From Leptospiraceae bacterium (GTDB lineage: Bacteria > Spirochaetota > Leptospiria > Leptospirales > Leptonemataceae), in assembly GCA_040217195.1 (NCBI GenBank), contig JAVJNR010000009.1:170431-234430 (forward strand): DNA of 64,000 nt, in the 5' to 3' direction. A program made the position numbers and the translations under genes. A model generated the notes under the pieces. It was not told the origin of the DNA and searched no databases. It saw nothing but the letters and a program-made list of their open reading frames with translations. Below are positions 38,900-49,197 of this stretch, piece by piece. Each line of letters begins with the position of its first letter. Within the stretch, counting starts at the first letter, position 1.

Positions 38900-40699
38900 A
38901 TGGGCAAACAGATGACCGATTTTCCCGTCTCAACCCGCAGGCACAGCGCTGCACATGTTCTGGCACAGGCCATTACGGAGAAATACCCGGGTGCCAGGCT
39001 GGCTATCGGGCCGGATACAGAGCATGGTTTCTTCTACGACGTAATGACAGATCCGCCGGTGCTCCAGGAGGATTTGAAGGACCTGGAACAGCGCATGAAG
39101 CGTATAGCCAGGCAGGGCCAGGTCTTTGAAAGGTATGAGCTGCCGATCGATGAGGGCATTGCTTATCTCAAGCAAAACAATCAGTCCTTTAAAATAGAAA
39201 TGGCCCGGGCTCTCAAGGAAAAGGGAGAAGTGGACCTGTCATTTTATAAGAATGTGCTTAAAAATGGGCAAACTGAATTCATAGATATGTGTAACGGGCC
39301 TCACGTTAATAAGACATCAGAACTGGGTGCTTTTAAGCTGATTTCTGTGAGCGGCGCCTACTGGAAGGGGGACTCTTCTGGCCCCCAGCTTCAGAGGGTT
39401 AGCGGGCTATTATTCGAAACCCAGGAGGAGCTGCAGCAATACGAATGGATGATGGAGGAGGCTCGAAAACGGGATCACCGGAAACTGGGGCAGGAACTGG
39501 AGCTGTTTACCACCAGCGAGAAGATCGGGCCAGGATTGATCCTCTGGCTCCCCAGAGGAAATGTGATTAAAGATCAGCTAGAAGAGTGGGCAAAAAAAAC
39601 CGAGAAAGCGGAGGGTTATGCCAGAGTCACCACCCCTGTGATCACAAAAGAGGAGTTGTTCTACACATCCGAGCACCTGCCGCACTACGCGGACCATATG
39701 TTCCCGCCAATGGAGATGGACAATACACGGTATTATATCAAGCCCATGAACTGCCCATTCCATCACACCATATTCAGCGACCGTCCCAGGAGCTATCGAG
39801 AATTACCCTTGAAGCTTACCGAGTACGGAGTCTGTCATCGATATGAAGACTCCGGCTCACTCTTCGGCACTATGCGCGTTCGAGCAATGTGGATGAATGA
39901 TGCTCACATCTATTGTGCGGAAGAACAAGCAGTTGAGGAGTTTAAGAAAGTGATTAAACTTCATGAGTATTATTACAGAATATTGGGCATCAATGAATAC
40001 CATATGGTATTGTCTCTTAGGAATCCGGAGAACGATAAATACCATGGTGATGAGGAAATGTGGCGCCGGGCAGAGGCGCTGACCCGCCAGGCAATGGAAG
40101 AGTCCGGGGTGGACTTTGTGGTTGAGGAAGATGGAGCGGCCTTTTACGGCCCCAAGATGGATTTTCAGATCAAGTCCTCCATAGGAAGGGAGTTCACCGC
40201 CAGTACCTGTCAGCTGGATCTGTTCATGCCCGAAAAATTTGATCTGAGCTATGTGGCTGCAGATGGCACCTATAAAAGGCCCGTATGTATTCATCGAAGC
40301 CCGCTGGGTACTCATGAAAGGTTTATCGGATTCCTGATCGAGCACTTTGCTGGAGCCTTTCCTTTGTGGATGGCCCCGGAGCAGGTGCGGATTCTGCCGG
40401 TGAGTGACGGATTTCTGGATTACGGCCGATCCCTGGAGGCATTCTTTCTTGAGAATGATATCCGGGTAACCCTGGATATAGGGGAAAGCCTTGGAAAGCG
40501 TATTCGTAATGCCGAAAAAATGAAGATCCCCTATATGCTGGTTGTGGGTGAAAAGGAGCAGAGCTCTGGTCATATCAACGCCAGGAATTATTTCAGCGGG
40601 GACCAGAAGGACTATGACAGGCAGGAATTTCTGAGTATGCTTCAGTTAGAAATCAAGGAAAAGAAGATCCTGGAGCGAGCTGAAAAGAAGCAAAGCTGA
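38900..40699 (+). CDS. thrS: Threonine--tRNA ligase lacking the N-terminal TGS domain
   Basis: RHSAAHVLAQA, DMCNGPHV, RDHRKLG, KPMNCPFH, AFYGPKMD, IHRSPLGTHERF, EHFAGAFPLW. Confidence 0.97.
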   Translation: MGKQMTDFPVSTRRHSAAHVLAQAITEKYPGARLAIGPDTEHGFFYDVMTDPPVLQEDLKDLEQRMKRIARQGQVFERYELPIDEGIAYLKQNNQSFKIEMARALKEKGEVDLSFYKNVLKNGQTEFIDMCNGPHVNKTSELGAFKLISVSGAYWKGDSSGPQLQRVSGLLFETQEELQQYEWMMEEARKRDHRKLGQELELFTTSEKIGPGLILWLPRGNVIKDQLEEWAKKTEKAEGYARVTTPVITKEELFYTSEHLPHYADHMFPPMEMDNTRYYIKPMNCPFHHTIFSDRPRSYRELPLKLTEYGVCHRYEDSGSLFGTMRVRAMWMNDAHIYCAEEQAVEEFKKVIKLHEYYYRILGINEYHMVLSLRNPENDKYHGDEEMWRRAEALTRQAMEESGVDFVVEEDGAAFYGPKMDFQIKSSIGREFTASTCQLDLFMPEKFDLSYVAADGTYKRPVCIHRSPLGTHERFIGFLIEHFAGAFPLWMAPEQVRILPVSDGFLDYGRSLEAFFLENDIRVTLDIGESLGKRIRNAEKMKIPYMLVVGEKEQSSGHINARNYFSGDQKDYDRQEFLSMLQLEIKEKKILERAEKKQS

Positions 40700-41101
40700 G
40701 GCTTCGGGGGCCTTAAAAGAAGACCTTCTTCTATAGAAAGGTGCTCAGTAGGGGTGCCTGGGATTCCAATGGGCGTTTCTCTTCTACAGTATTTTGTCGA
40801 ACCGATGTACAGAATGGTCCCGGGGTGGGTTTCTTCTATAATACTAACCGGAAACAAAGGTCTGCCAGAAGGTTCTGTCCAAAAATTCAATCAAAGTAAG
40901 CTGGAGCTGCGGCCCAGATCTGAGAGAATCCATGGGCGGACCGGATTTTCAGTTTTGCCATCAAAGTTCTGCCGATTCTACGGATTTGTATTCCATCCAT
41001 ACTACCTGTTCCCGTTCTGACGGTATTCGTTTTGAGACTGCGTCGCAGTTTTGTTCCGTATCCTTCGCCGAAATTAATTTTTGATGGAAATCACAGCCGC
41101 C

Positions 41102-41116
41102 TTAGATTAGTTCTAA
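41102..41116. promoter_or_regulatory. Per/Fur-like box upstream of rubrerythrin
   Basis: TTAGATTAGTTCTAA (TTAGA-N5-TCTAA) resembles the TTANAATNATTNTAA consensus. Confidence 0.55.
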
Positions 41117-41174
41117 ATCCAGAATGATTCAATCCGACGGGATGGTCCCGTTCTCAGGATGATAGGAGATTTAT

Positions 41175-41594
41175 ATGGCAGAACTTAAGGGGAGCAAGAC
41201 CCATCAGAACTTGAAAGATGCATTTGCCGGGGAGTCCATGGCAAACCGTCGCTATCTGTTTTTCGCAAAGCAGGCTGACGTAGAAGGATTTCCTGATATT
41301 GCCGGGCTGTTCCGTGACACAGCGGAAGGTGAAACCGGGCATGCTCACGGTCACCTGGAGTATATGAAAAAGATCGGTGATCCTGCCACAGATCTTCCCA
41401 TTGGCGATACTGAACTGAACCTGAAAGCAGCTGTTGCTGGCGAAACCCATGAATACACAGATATGTATCCTGGAATGGCCAAAACGGCTCGAGATGAAGG
41501 TTTCGATGAGATCGCTGACTGGTTCGAAACTCTGGCCAAAGCCGAGAAGTCTCACGCTGGTCGATTTGAGCAAGGGCTCAAGTCTATCAGTTAA
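41175..41594 (+). CDS. rbr: Rubrerythrin (short form, no rubredoxin domain)
   Basis: [44 protein letters not shown]. Confidence 0.93.
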   Translation: MAELKGSKTHQNLKDAFAGESMANRRYLFFAKQADVEGFPDIAGLFRDTAEGETGHAHGHLEYMKKIGDPATDLPIGDTELNLKAAVAGETHEYTDMYPGMAKTARDEGFDEIADWFETLAKAEKSHAGRFEQGLKSIS

Positions 41595-41679
41595 GTTATG
41601 GTAGGGCCGGCTGCAAGGCCGGCTCACCCATTTTTCAGATTTCTAAATTATCAGGTAATGAACCGGTGGGAGAGACTCT

Positions 41680-43050
41680 TTGATACAGCAAACAGATACA
41701 AGCAATGCCATCTATGATCCCACAGATGTAAAATACTGGGACCCTCAGTCCTTGCAGGCTGAGCTAGAACGTTCTTTTGATATATGTAATGGATGTCGGA
41801 TGTGTTTTAAATACTGTCCGAGTTTTCCCACTCTGTTCAGCTTCATGGATGGCTATGCAGACGGGGATGTGAAGCAGATCAAGAAAGCCGACCAGAATCA
41901 GGTCATCGATGAATGCTATCATTGCAAAATCTGCTACGTTGCCTGTCCTTATACAGATAAGGATGATCATGCCTTTAATTTGAATTATCCTGCATTGATG
42001 CAGCGAGCTGTAATAGTGAGGGCCAAAAAGCAGGGAGTGCCCATTCGTCGCAAGATGCTGCAGAATGCGGATCTTCTGGGAAAGGTAAATACTGGTCTGA
42101 TTTCCCGGTTGGCCAATAAGGCTCTGGCCAGCAATTTTCACCGGGCCATAGCGCAGACGATTGTAGGAATCCATAAAGAAAAGAAACTGCCAGATTTCCA
42201 TCGTACCAGCTTCCACAGATGGTTCCATCTGCGAAAGAAGCGCATGGAGAAGGATGGCCGTTCTCTGGAAGTGGATCCGGCCAACAAAGTTGTGCTATTC
42301 TCTACCTGTTTTGTGAACTACAACAATCCGCAGGTGGGCAAAGATGCTGTGGAAGTACTGGAGCGGCATAAGTGTGAAATTCAATGTCCTTCCCAGAACT
42401 GCTGCGGAATGCCCGGGCTGGAAAGCGGAGATCTAAAATGGGTTCGTAAGAAGATGCGCGCCAATCTGAAATCTCTCTATCCTTTTGCCGAGCAGGGATA
42501 CCGTATTCTGGCGATCAATCCTACCTGTTCTTTGACTCTAAAAGAGGAGTATCCCAACTTCCTGGAAGGAGAAGAAAGGGAGAAAGCAAAGCTTATTTCA
42601 AAGCAAACCAGAGATCTTCATGAATTCCTTTTTGAACTTAAACGAGAGGAGAAATTTGATCGGAACTTCAAGAGCTCTCCCGAATCGGTGGCCTATCATG
42701 TGCCCTGCCATTTAAGAGCTCAGCACATTGGCTTTCGTAGTCGGGATTTGATGAAGTTAATTCCTGGAAACAAAATAGGGCTGGTTTCAGAATGCTGCAG
42801 CCATGACGGAACCTGGGCCATGCGAAAGGAATACTTTGAACTAAGTATGAAGCAGGGCAAGAAGGCCTTTGATGAACTGAAAGAGCAGCAGGCCAACGTA
42901 GTCACTACAGACTGCCCTCTGGCTGCCATTCAGCTGGAGCAGGGAATGGAGCTTGATGAAAGGCCAATGCATCCGGTGCAAATTCTAAATCGGGCCTACA
43001 AATCTCCGGATGAAGGCGGTTTTCCCAGCGCCGTTTTGGAGAGTGAGTAA
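41680..43050 (+). CDS. Fe-S oxidoreductase with CCG domains (GlpC-like, rubrerythrin-associated)
   Basis: CNGCRMCFKYCPSF, CYHCKICYVACPY, CCGMP, YHVPCHLRAQ, ECCSHDGTW. Confidence 0.9.
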   Translation: MIQQTDTSNAIYDPTDVKYWDPQSLQAELERSFDICNGCRMCFKYCPSFPTLFSFMDGYADGDVKQIKKADQNQVIDECYHCKICYVACPYTDKDDHAFNLNYPALMQRAVIVRAKKQGVPIRRKMLQNADLLGKVNTGLISRLANKALASNFHRAIAQTIVGIHKEKKLPDFHRTSFHRWFHLRKKRMEKDGRSLEVDPANKVVLFSTCFVNYNNPQVGKDAVEVLERHKCEIQCPSQNCCGMPGLESGDLKWVRKKMRANLKSLYPFAEQGYRILAINPTCSLTLKEEYPNFLEGEEREKAKLISKQTRDLHEFLFELKREEKFDRNFKSSPESVAYHVPCHLRAQHIGFRSRDLMKLIPGNKIGLVSECCSHDGTWAMRKEYFELSMKQGKKAFDELKEQQANVVTTDCPLAAIQLEQGMELDERPMHPVQILNRAYKSPDEGGFPSAVLESE

Positions 43051-43201
43051 TCCATGGGTGGCGTAGGATCCATCAGGAAGAGTCCTGCAAAACCGACGGA
43101 CGAAGCAAAACCGATGGCCGAACCATTGAAACTGTATTATTCGAATTAGTACCATACATACCGTGCAGTTCTATCGCAAAGAACTGGCGGAGGAGGAAAC
43201 C

Positions 43202-43789
43202 ATGGCAAAGATCCAGCCAGCTGACATTATGCCCCTGGAACAGTATGACAGTGTCCGGGATGAATACAGACAGAGAATCTTCGAAATCAAGAAGCATCGT
43301 CGCGTCTACGTTGGAGATTACTTGAATTTCCTGTTTGAGAATGCGGATACGATGAAGTATCAGATTCAGGAAATGGCTCGCGTGGAAGTGATGAAAGATG
43401 CGGAAGCCGTAAAGCATGAAATTGAAACCTACAATGAGCTGGTGCCCGATCCAAATGAAATCACGGCCAGCCTGTTAATTGAAATTGATGATCCTGCCGC
43501 CCGGGCATTCAAGTTGAGAGAACTGGTCGGTCTTCAGGACTCAATTAGCCTGCTCATCGACAAGGACTATCAGGTGCAGGCGGAATTTGATGACCGTCAG
43601 ATCACGGATGGAAAAATCTCCTCGGTTCATTATCTGCGTTTCCCTCTGGGGCAGAAAGCAGCGGATGCATTCCTGTCCACTTCAGATGTGGAGATTCTGA
43701 TTACGCATCCTGCCTGCAGTTATCGCCAGGCCATCAATAGAGAACAGTTAGAAGCGATGAAAGAGGATTTGCAGGCCAGCCGGGCCTGA
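43202..43789 (+). CDS. DUF3501 family protein
   Basis: KKHRRVYVG, FENADTMKYQIQEMARVE, EIETYNELVP, SSVHYLRF; GGAGG RBS. Confidence 0.85.
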   Translation: MAKIQPADIMPLEQYDSVRDEYRQRIFEIKKHRRVYVGDYLNFLFENADTMKYQIQEMARVEVMKDAEAVKHEIETYNELVPDPNEITASLLIEIDDPAARAFKLRELVGLQDSISLLIDKDYQVQAEFDDRQITDGKISSVHYLRFPLGQKAADAFLSTSDVEILITHPACSYRQAINREQLEAMKEDLQASRA

Positions 43790-43803
43790 GTTGCCGGTTT
43801 TCG

Positions 43804-45468
43804 TTGGACTCCGGATGCTACCAGTCCATTATCCGTCCGATGTCCAGATCCTTCCTTTTCCTGAATAATCCGGCAGCCGGGGCAACCAGGATGCTTCGGG
43901 GAGCCGGCCATAGAATTATCCCGGCCCATAGAATTCGATTCAGGCTAATCCCCCGAAGCAGTAAATTCGTTCTGAGCGGGATCTGTGTTCTGTTGCTGTC
44001 CCTTCTTGTTTTTCCAGCCGCGCATGCAGAGAAAAACTCCGAAGACTTCTCCCGGATTTCAGAGTCAGTGGTTCAGATCAATGTTGAATCTATTGCCTAT
44101 TCTTATACGGATCCCTGGCAGTCCCCGCAACTTCAGGGTAGTGGAGGCACAGGCTTTATTATAGAAGGAAACCGGATCATGACCAACGCTCATGTCGTGA
44201 GTGGAGCTGTGCAGATTCGGATCAAACGTCCCTCCCAGAAGAGAGATTATCCGGCCCGGGTGGCCTTTATTGCTCATGATTGCGATCTTGCCATACTGAC
44301 CGTGGAGGATCCTGACTTTTTTACCGGTTCTCGACCGCTGGAAATTGGAAGCCAACCTGCCTTGAATACTCCTGTGACGGTACTGGGGTTTCCCATTGGA
44401 GGGAATCGTCTTTCCATTACCAGAGGAGTGGTATCCAGAATTGATATGGATGTGTACAGCCACAGTGGCGTGGATGCACATAGAATTATCCAGGTAGATG
44501 CTGCCATAAATCCAGGAAATTCCGGAGGGCCGGCCATCCAGAATGGTAAAGTGATTGGTGTTGCCTTTCAGGCCATTACTTCCGGGGAAAACCTGGGTTA
44601 TCTAATCCCTCCTGTGGTGGTGCAGCGTTTCCTGGAGGATGTTAAGGACGGAACGTATGAAGGCTATGTTGAGTTTGGTGTTCTGGACAGTCCGGTTCAG
44701 AATCCGGCCCAGATTCAGGCTCTAGAAATTGCTACCCGTCCATCGCCATTCTTTGGAGTTCAGGTCTATCGGGTCATTCCGGGTTCTACGGCGGCTGCAG
44801 CCCTGAAGCCGGGAGATGTTCTGATTTCCATCAATGGGCATGAAATTACCGGAGAAGGCGATGTTGAAATAGAGGGGGCCCTGTATCCCTATCTGGAGCT
44901 GGTGGACCATGTATTCGAAGGTGATACCATTGAGATTGAGTACATCCGAAATGGTAAGAAGGGTAAGGTTTCTCTAGAGTCCAGACGAAGTGATGTGCTA
45001 ACATTCAAAAGACGGACCTACGGTAAGCCACCGCAGTATCATCTTCTACATGGATATCTGTTTCAACCTCTGGATGCAAACCTGATGGATGCCATGGGCC
45101 GCCAGTGGTCTTCCGAAGGCAGAGTGCAGCTTTTGTATCGCTATCACTATCATTTGTTCCATGGGCTCTATAAAGAAGGTAATGTGGATGTGGTTTTGAC
45201 CAGACGTCTGGCACATCCTGTGAATGCATACGGGGATAGGTATCTGAATCAAATTGTAGAGTCGGTCAATGGTAAGAATGTCCTGGATTTTGGGCATTTT
45301 TCCAGACTGGTGCAGCAGGGCAGAAAGAAAGGCGATGTAGTTATTCGATTCCGGGACTCAGAGGTGCCTCTTGTCCTGGATGCGGCTCAGCTGCAAGGGG
45401 ATGCCGACCAGGACATTGCCAGCCGGTACGGGATTAAGAATCTATTTCACACGGATAAATCTCCATGA
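43804..45468 (+). CDS. Deg/HtrA-type trypsin-like serine protease with PDZ domains (start uncertain)
   Basis: MTNAHVV, DCDLAIL, DAAINPGNSGGP: catalytic triad intact. Confidence 0.92.
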   Translation: MDSGCYQSIIRPMSRSFLFLNNPAAGATRMLRGAGHRIIPAHRIRFRLIPRSSKFVLSGICVLLLSLLVFPAAHAEKNSEDFSRISESVVQINVESIAYSYTDPWQSPQLQGSGGTGFIIEGNRIMTNAHVVSGAVQIRIKRPSQKRDYPARVAFIAHDCDLAILTVEDPDFFTGSRPLEIGSQPALNTPVTVLGFPIGGNRLSITRGVVSRIDMDVYSHSGVDAHRIIQVDAAINPGNSGGPAIQNGKVIGVAFQAITSGENLGYLIPPVVVQRFLEDVKDGTYEGYVEFGVLDSPVQNPAQIQALEIATRPSPFFGVQVYRVIPGSTAAAALKPGDVLISINGHEITGEGDVEIEGALYPYLELVDHVFEGDTIEIEYIRNGKKGKVSLESRRSDVLTFKRRTYGKPPQYHLLHGYLFQPLDANLMDAMGRQWSSEGRVQLLYRYHYHLFHGLYKEGNVDVVLTRRLAHPVNAYGDRYLNQIVESVNGKNVLDFGHFSRLVQQGRKKGDVVIRFRDSEVPLVLDAAQLQGDADQDIASRYGIKNLFHTDKSP

Positions 45469-47030
45469 GACTTTCTTCATTACATCATACGATTCTGGCA
45501 TTCTGTATTCTGGGTCTGGCCTTTCTGGGCTGGCCATTGCTGGCGGATAGTCAGGGCGTTTCCTCGTCTGTTTCAGGATGGTCCTTTACCCAGGATCGCA
45601 TGCATGCAGGCCTGGTTCGGATTCGGATCAGTACCGTGCAATATAATCCGGCCCGTCCCTGGAGCAAAGAGGTTGGTCCTACTTTCGATGTGACGGGACT
45701 GGTTCGACCGGGGAATCGGATTTTACTGTCTGCGGGCCCGGTGCGGGATGCGGCCAATATTGAAGTTACCCGACATGGATCGTATAGAAAATACCAGGGC
45801 CAGGTCATCCTGATCGACTCCGAAGCCAACCTGGCAATGATTACCGTGGATGATCCGGAGTTTTTCAAAGGCCTGGAGCCCATCCCATTCTCCAGAGATC
45901 CTCTTCTGGGGCAGACCTATCGCGCTGCTCGGATCGACAGTAGCTTCAGTATTGAAAGTACAGATGTTACCGTTTCTGAATTATTGCCCGTAGCGGATTA
46001 CGGCTTTACCCGTCTTCCGGTGGCCATATTCCGCTCCGCGCCCAGATTTGAATCTGGAGGCCTGATACTGGATGGGGAAGGCATTTCAGGAATGATTGGC
46101 TTCGTGGATGGCCAGGACCAGGCAGAGGCCGTTTTTGCCTCCAGACTGCAGCACTTTGAAGGCATGGTGGATTCGGTGCAGTCCCTGCCAGTTCAACGAA
46201 AAAAAGAGAAGTACACAGGATTTCCGGTGCAGGGATTTTTTTATTCTCCACTGGAGGACCCTTCGCTCAGAAAGCATTATGGATTGGAAAATTCTCAGGA
46301 TGGAATTCTAATTACTACGGTTCTGGATGGCTGCTCTGTAACCGGAAAATTGCAATCCGGCGATGTGCTGACCCGGGTGGATGGATACTCGGTGAATCCG
46401 GCCGGGGACTACAAAGATCCGCAGCTGGGCTGGCAGCCGGTGGATTTGCTATTCGTAAGGGATATAAAAGGGGCTCTTCGACGGGTTGGCCAGGAACTAA
46501 AACTGGAAATTGTGCGAAGCGGAGAAACAAAGAAAATCACAATCAAACTCCAATCGTATAAAGGCGGTGCAGAGCGTATCGCCTGGACGGAGCCGGAACC
46601 GCCGCCTTACGTGGTTCATGAAGGATTGATCTTTGTGGAACTCAGCGTGCCTTTTCTAAAGGAAAGGTTTGGTGCAGAATGGCAGAACCGGGCCCTGGCT
46701 CTGGCCGCTGTATACGATTCCTCTAAATACTATAAACCGGGCGAGACAAAGGATCGAATCCTGGTGCTTTCCGATGTGCTTCCTGCAGAGTCTACCCGTG
46801 GATTTGAACGCCTGGCCGGGGAGCAGTTGATGCGAATTGACGATGAAAAGGCTCAGTCTCTTTTTCAGCTCAAGAAGGCTCTGGAAAACTCCACCGATTC
46901 CATCATCGTACTGGAGTTCAGATCCGGCCGTAAGATCTATGTTCGCACAGGAAAAGGCAATCCTGAGCTTCGTGCGGACTACGGCATCCAGGAGAAATCC
47001 AGAATGCGCAAGACCATTCCAGGAAATTGA
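45465..47030 (+). CDS. Deg/HtrA-like paralog with a degenerate catalytic triad
   Basis: Same architecture with PDZ (LQSGDVLTRVDG), but LSAGPV, EANLAM and FESGG replace the triad motifs. Confidence 0.8.
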   Translation: MRLSSLHHTILAFCILGLAFLGWPLLADSQGVSSSVSGWSFTQDRMHAGLVRIRISTVQYNPARPWSKEVGPTFDVTGLVRPGNRILLSAGPVRDAANIEVTRHGSYRKYQGQVILIDSEANLAMITVDDPEFFKGLEPIPFSRDPLLGQTYRAARIDSSFSIESTDVTVSELLPVADYGFTRLPVAIFRSAPRFESGGLILDGEGISGMIGFVDGQDQAEAVFASRLQHFEGMVDSVQSLPVQRKKEKYTGFPVQGFFYSPLEDPSLRKHYGLENSQDGILITTVLDGCSVTGKLQSGDVLTRVDGYSVNPAGDYKDPQLGWQPVDLLFVRDIKGALRRVGQELKLEIVRSGETKKITIKLQSYKGGAERIAWTEPEPPPYVVHEGLIFVELSVPFLKERFGAEWQNRALALAAVYDSSKYYKPGETKDRILVLSDVLPAESTRGFERLAGEQLMRIDDEKAQSLFQLKKALENSTDSIIVLEFRSGRKIYVRTGKGNPELRADYGIQEKSRMRKTIPGN

Positions 47031-47076
47031 GGAAATGACAAAAGAATGACTGGAGGACTGGGCCCGGCGGAGCGGC

Positions 47077-47889
47077 TTATTCAATGAAATATTTCATCCC
47101 AAAGCGGGCTTTGAGATCACTTTCCACCGGCGCCGAGCTGGACTGATCCGGTCGCAGGTCATAGGTATGCATGGGCACTTCCAGGGTTGCTTCCAGGATC
47201 AGTGAGTTGGTGGAGATTTGAATTCCGGGAGTGAAAAACAGAGTTCCGTATTGAGCGCCAATAATCTGATTATCCCGGAAAGGATCAGTGATTTTATGCC
47301 TGGATTGTAATCCAAGGAGCACCGAAACGGGAGAGCGTGAACTCAGACCATAGCCCAGGGAAAGTCCAGCCGAAAGACGCTGGTCCGGATCTTCATCTTC
47401 CAGAGCCAGGTCCTGCTCATGGCCCAGGTCAAATAGCAGGCTGAACCGGCTGCTTCGGATTTGAAATAACAGGTCCATTTCTCGGGCCCGGGAGCCTGGA
47501 ATATAGGCACGTCTGGGATCCAGCAAAGTGAGTTCCATGGCTGCTCTGTGATAGAGTCGGCTTTCCCTGAATTGTACTGCAAAGCTACCGGAATCATCGC
47601 TCATAGATAGATAGCGGTTACTGTTTCGGTAGATAGGGTTCTGCGTGGGCTGAATGTCCCAGAGCTTCAAATCTCCCTTTGAGCCGCCCTGAAGTTTATA
47701 CTCATAAAGGTCTGCTTCCAGGGGCAAAACCAGAGGAACATTGGTGATTCCTGATGGACCGCGAAACAATGGATCCATGGCCGGATTCGGCAGGGAAGTG
47801 GCAAACCGATCCATGGGTGCCGAAAAAGCGGCTGTATGGGCCAACCCCAGAACCAGGGTAGCCACCGTATATTTCCTGAGCCCGAACAC
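47077..47889 (-). CDS. Exported hypothetical protein, possibly an outer-membrane beta-barrel
   Basis: Signal peptide; amphipathic strands (LFFTPGIQI, ARFGMKYF near the C-terminus). Confidence 0.6.
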   Translation of the reverse strand: MFGLRKYTVATLVLGLAHTAAFSAPMDRFATSLPNPAMDPLFRGPSGITNVPLVLPLEADLYEYKLQGGSKGDLKLWDIQPTQNPIYRNSNRYLSMSDDSGSFAVQFRESRLYHRAAMELTLLDPRRAYIPGSRAREMDLLFQIRSSRFSLLFDLGHEQDLALEDEDPDQRLSAGLSLGYGLSSRSPVSVLLGLQSRHKITDPFRDNQIIGAQYGTLFFTPGIQISTNSLILEATLEVPMHTYDLRPDQSSSAPVESDLKARFGMKYFIE

Positions 47890-48132
47890 CTGCTTACAGA
47901 ATCGTGGAGATCTACTTCTTTTTCCAGTCTATTTTAGTTTCCAACACCTGGCAACCTTGTTTGAAGCGTACCTTTTTTGCCACTATTTCAGGCCTCCGCT
48001 ACCGGGGGTTGGTTTTTGCCGGCTCAACTCGGGTACTCTGGCATTTGCTGTTCGGTCCTTCTTTGATGGGTTTTCCGGCCTTTCCGAAATTTTGATTCTT
48101 AGGTCTGGATTCTACTGGAACCTGGAAAGGCA

Positions 48133-49143
48133 GTGGCACCAATGGCGGCCAGAATGATCCCGGAACCATTACAGCCATACATACCATACATCGTATTTCT
48201 CCCAGGCTTCTTTCTGCTGATAAAGGGGGCGGACTGGCTTGTGGAAGGAGCCAGTTCCATTGCCCGAAGGCTTCATGTGTCGGACCTGATCATTGGACTT
48301 ACCATCGTATCCTTTGGTACATCGATGCCCGAACTGGCAGTGAACATCATAGCCAGTTTTGAAGGAAGTGCGGACCTGGCTGTCTCTAACGTTGTTGGAA
48401 GTAACATTGCCAATATCCTCTTAATTCTGGGGATTACAGCCCTGGTTCGGCCGCTGGTAGTTCAATCCAGCACAGTATGGAAAGAGATCCCGTTTAGTTT
48501 CCTGGCTGTACTGGTTCTGTTCGTGGTGGCCAACGATCGACTGCTGGATGGGGCAGAAAGTAATCTACTGAGCCGCAGCGATGGGCTCACGGTAATGCTA
48601 TTTTTTGCAATCTTCATGTACTATGTTGTGAATATGGCCATGAAGGGCCAGGCAGATGCCCTTCTGGATGATTTACCCGAGGAAACCCTGGGTGTTGGCA
48701 AAGCAATTTTCTTTACCATTCTAGGAATGCTTGCTCTTCCTCTGGGCGGGGACTGGATTGTTCAGGGCGCCGTAACCATCGCCCGGGACCTGGATGTTGG
48801 CGAAGATATCATAGGACTATCCATTGTGGCTGTGGGAACCAGCCTTCCTGAGCTGGCAGCATCGGTGGTGGCTGCGCGAAAAGGGAATTCGGATATTGCT
48901 GTAGGCAACGTAGTTGGCAGTAACATATTCAATATCTTCTGGGTACTGGGTCTGAGTATGACCATTCGACCAATCCCATTTTCGAAAGCGGCCAATCAGG
49001 ATCTATTCGCTGTAATCGTGGCCAGTCTGTTTCTTTTTCTGTTTATCTTTGTGGGAAAAAAGCATACCCTGGAAAGAAGTCAGGGAATTATCTTTTTGCT
49101 ATTGTATGCCGGTTATCTGTTCTTCCGTGCCCTGACTGGATAA
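48133..49143 (+). CDS. Calcium/sodium antiporter (YrbG family)
   Basis: Two alpha repeats, GTSMPEL...GSNIAN and GTSLPEL...GSNIFN. Confidence 0.93.
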   Translation: MAPMAARMIPEPLQPYIPYIVFLPGFFLLIKGADWLVEGASSIARRLHVSDLIIGLTIVSFGTSMPELAVNIIASFEGSADLAVSNVVGSNIANILLILGITALVRPLVVQSSTVWKEIPFSFLAVLVLFVVANDRLLDGAESNLLSRSDGLTVMLFFAIFMYYVVNMAMKGQADALLDDLPEETLGVGKAIFFTILGMLALPLGGDWIVQGAVTIARDLDVGEDIIGLSIVAVGTSLPELAASVVAARKGNSDIAVGNVVGSNIFNIFWVLGLSMTIRPIPFSKAANQDLFAVIVASLFLFLFIFVGKKHTLERSQGIIFLLLYAGYLFFRALTG

Positions 49144-49197
49144 GCTTTCTATTCCACTGGACCTGGCGGCCAGAAGAACCAGATTCATTAGGAGCTC

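Noticed and set aside
39857..40573. 238-aa minus-strand ORF
   Set aside because: Antisense shadow of thrS.
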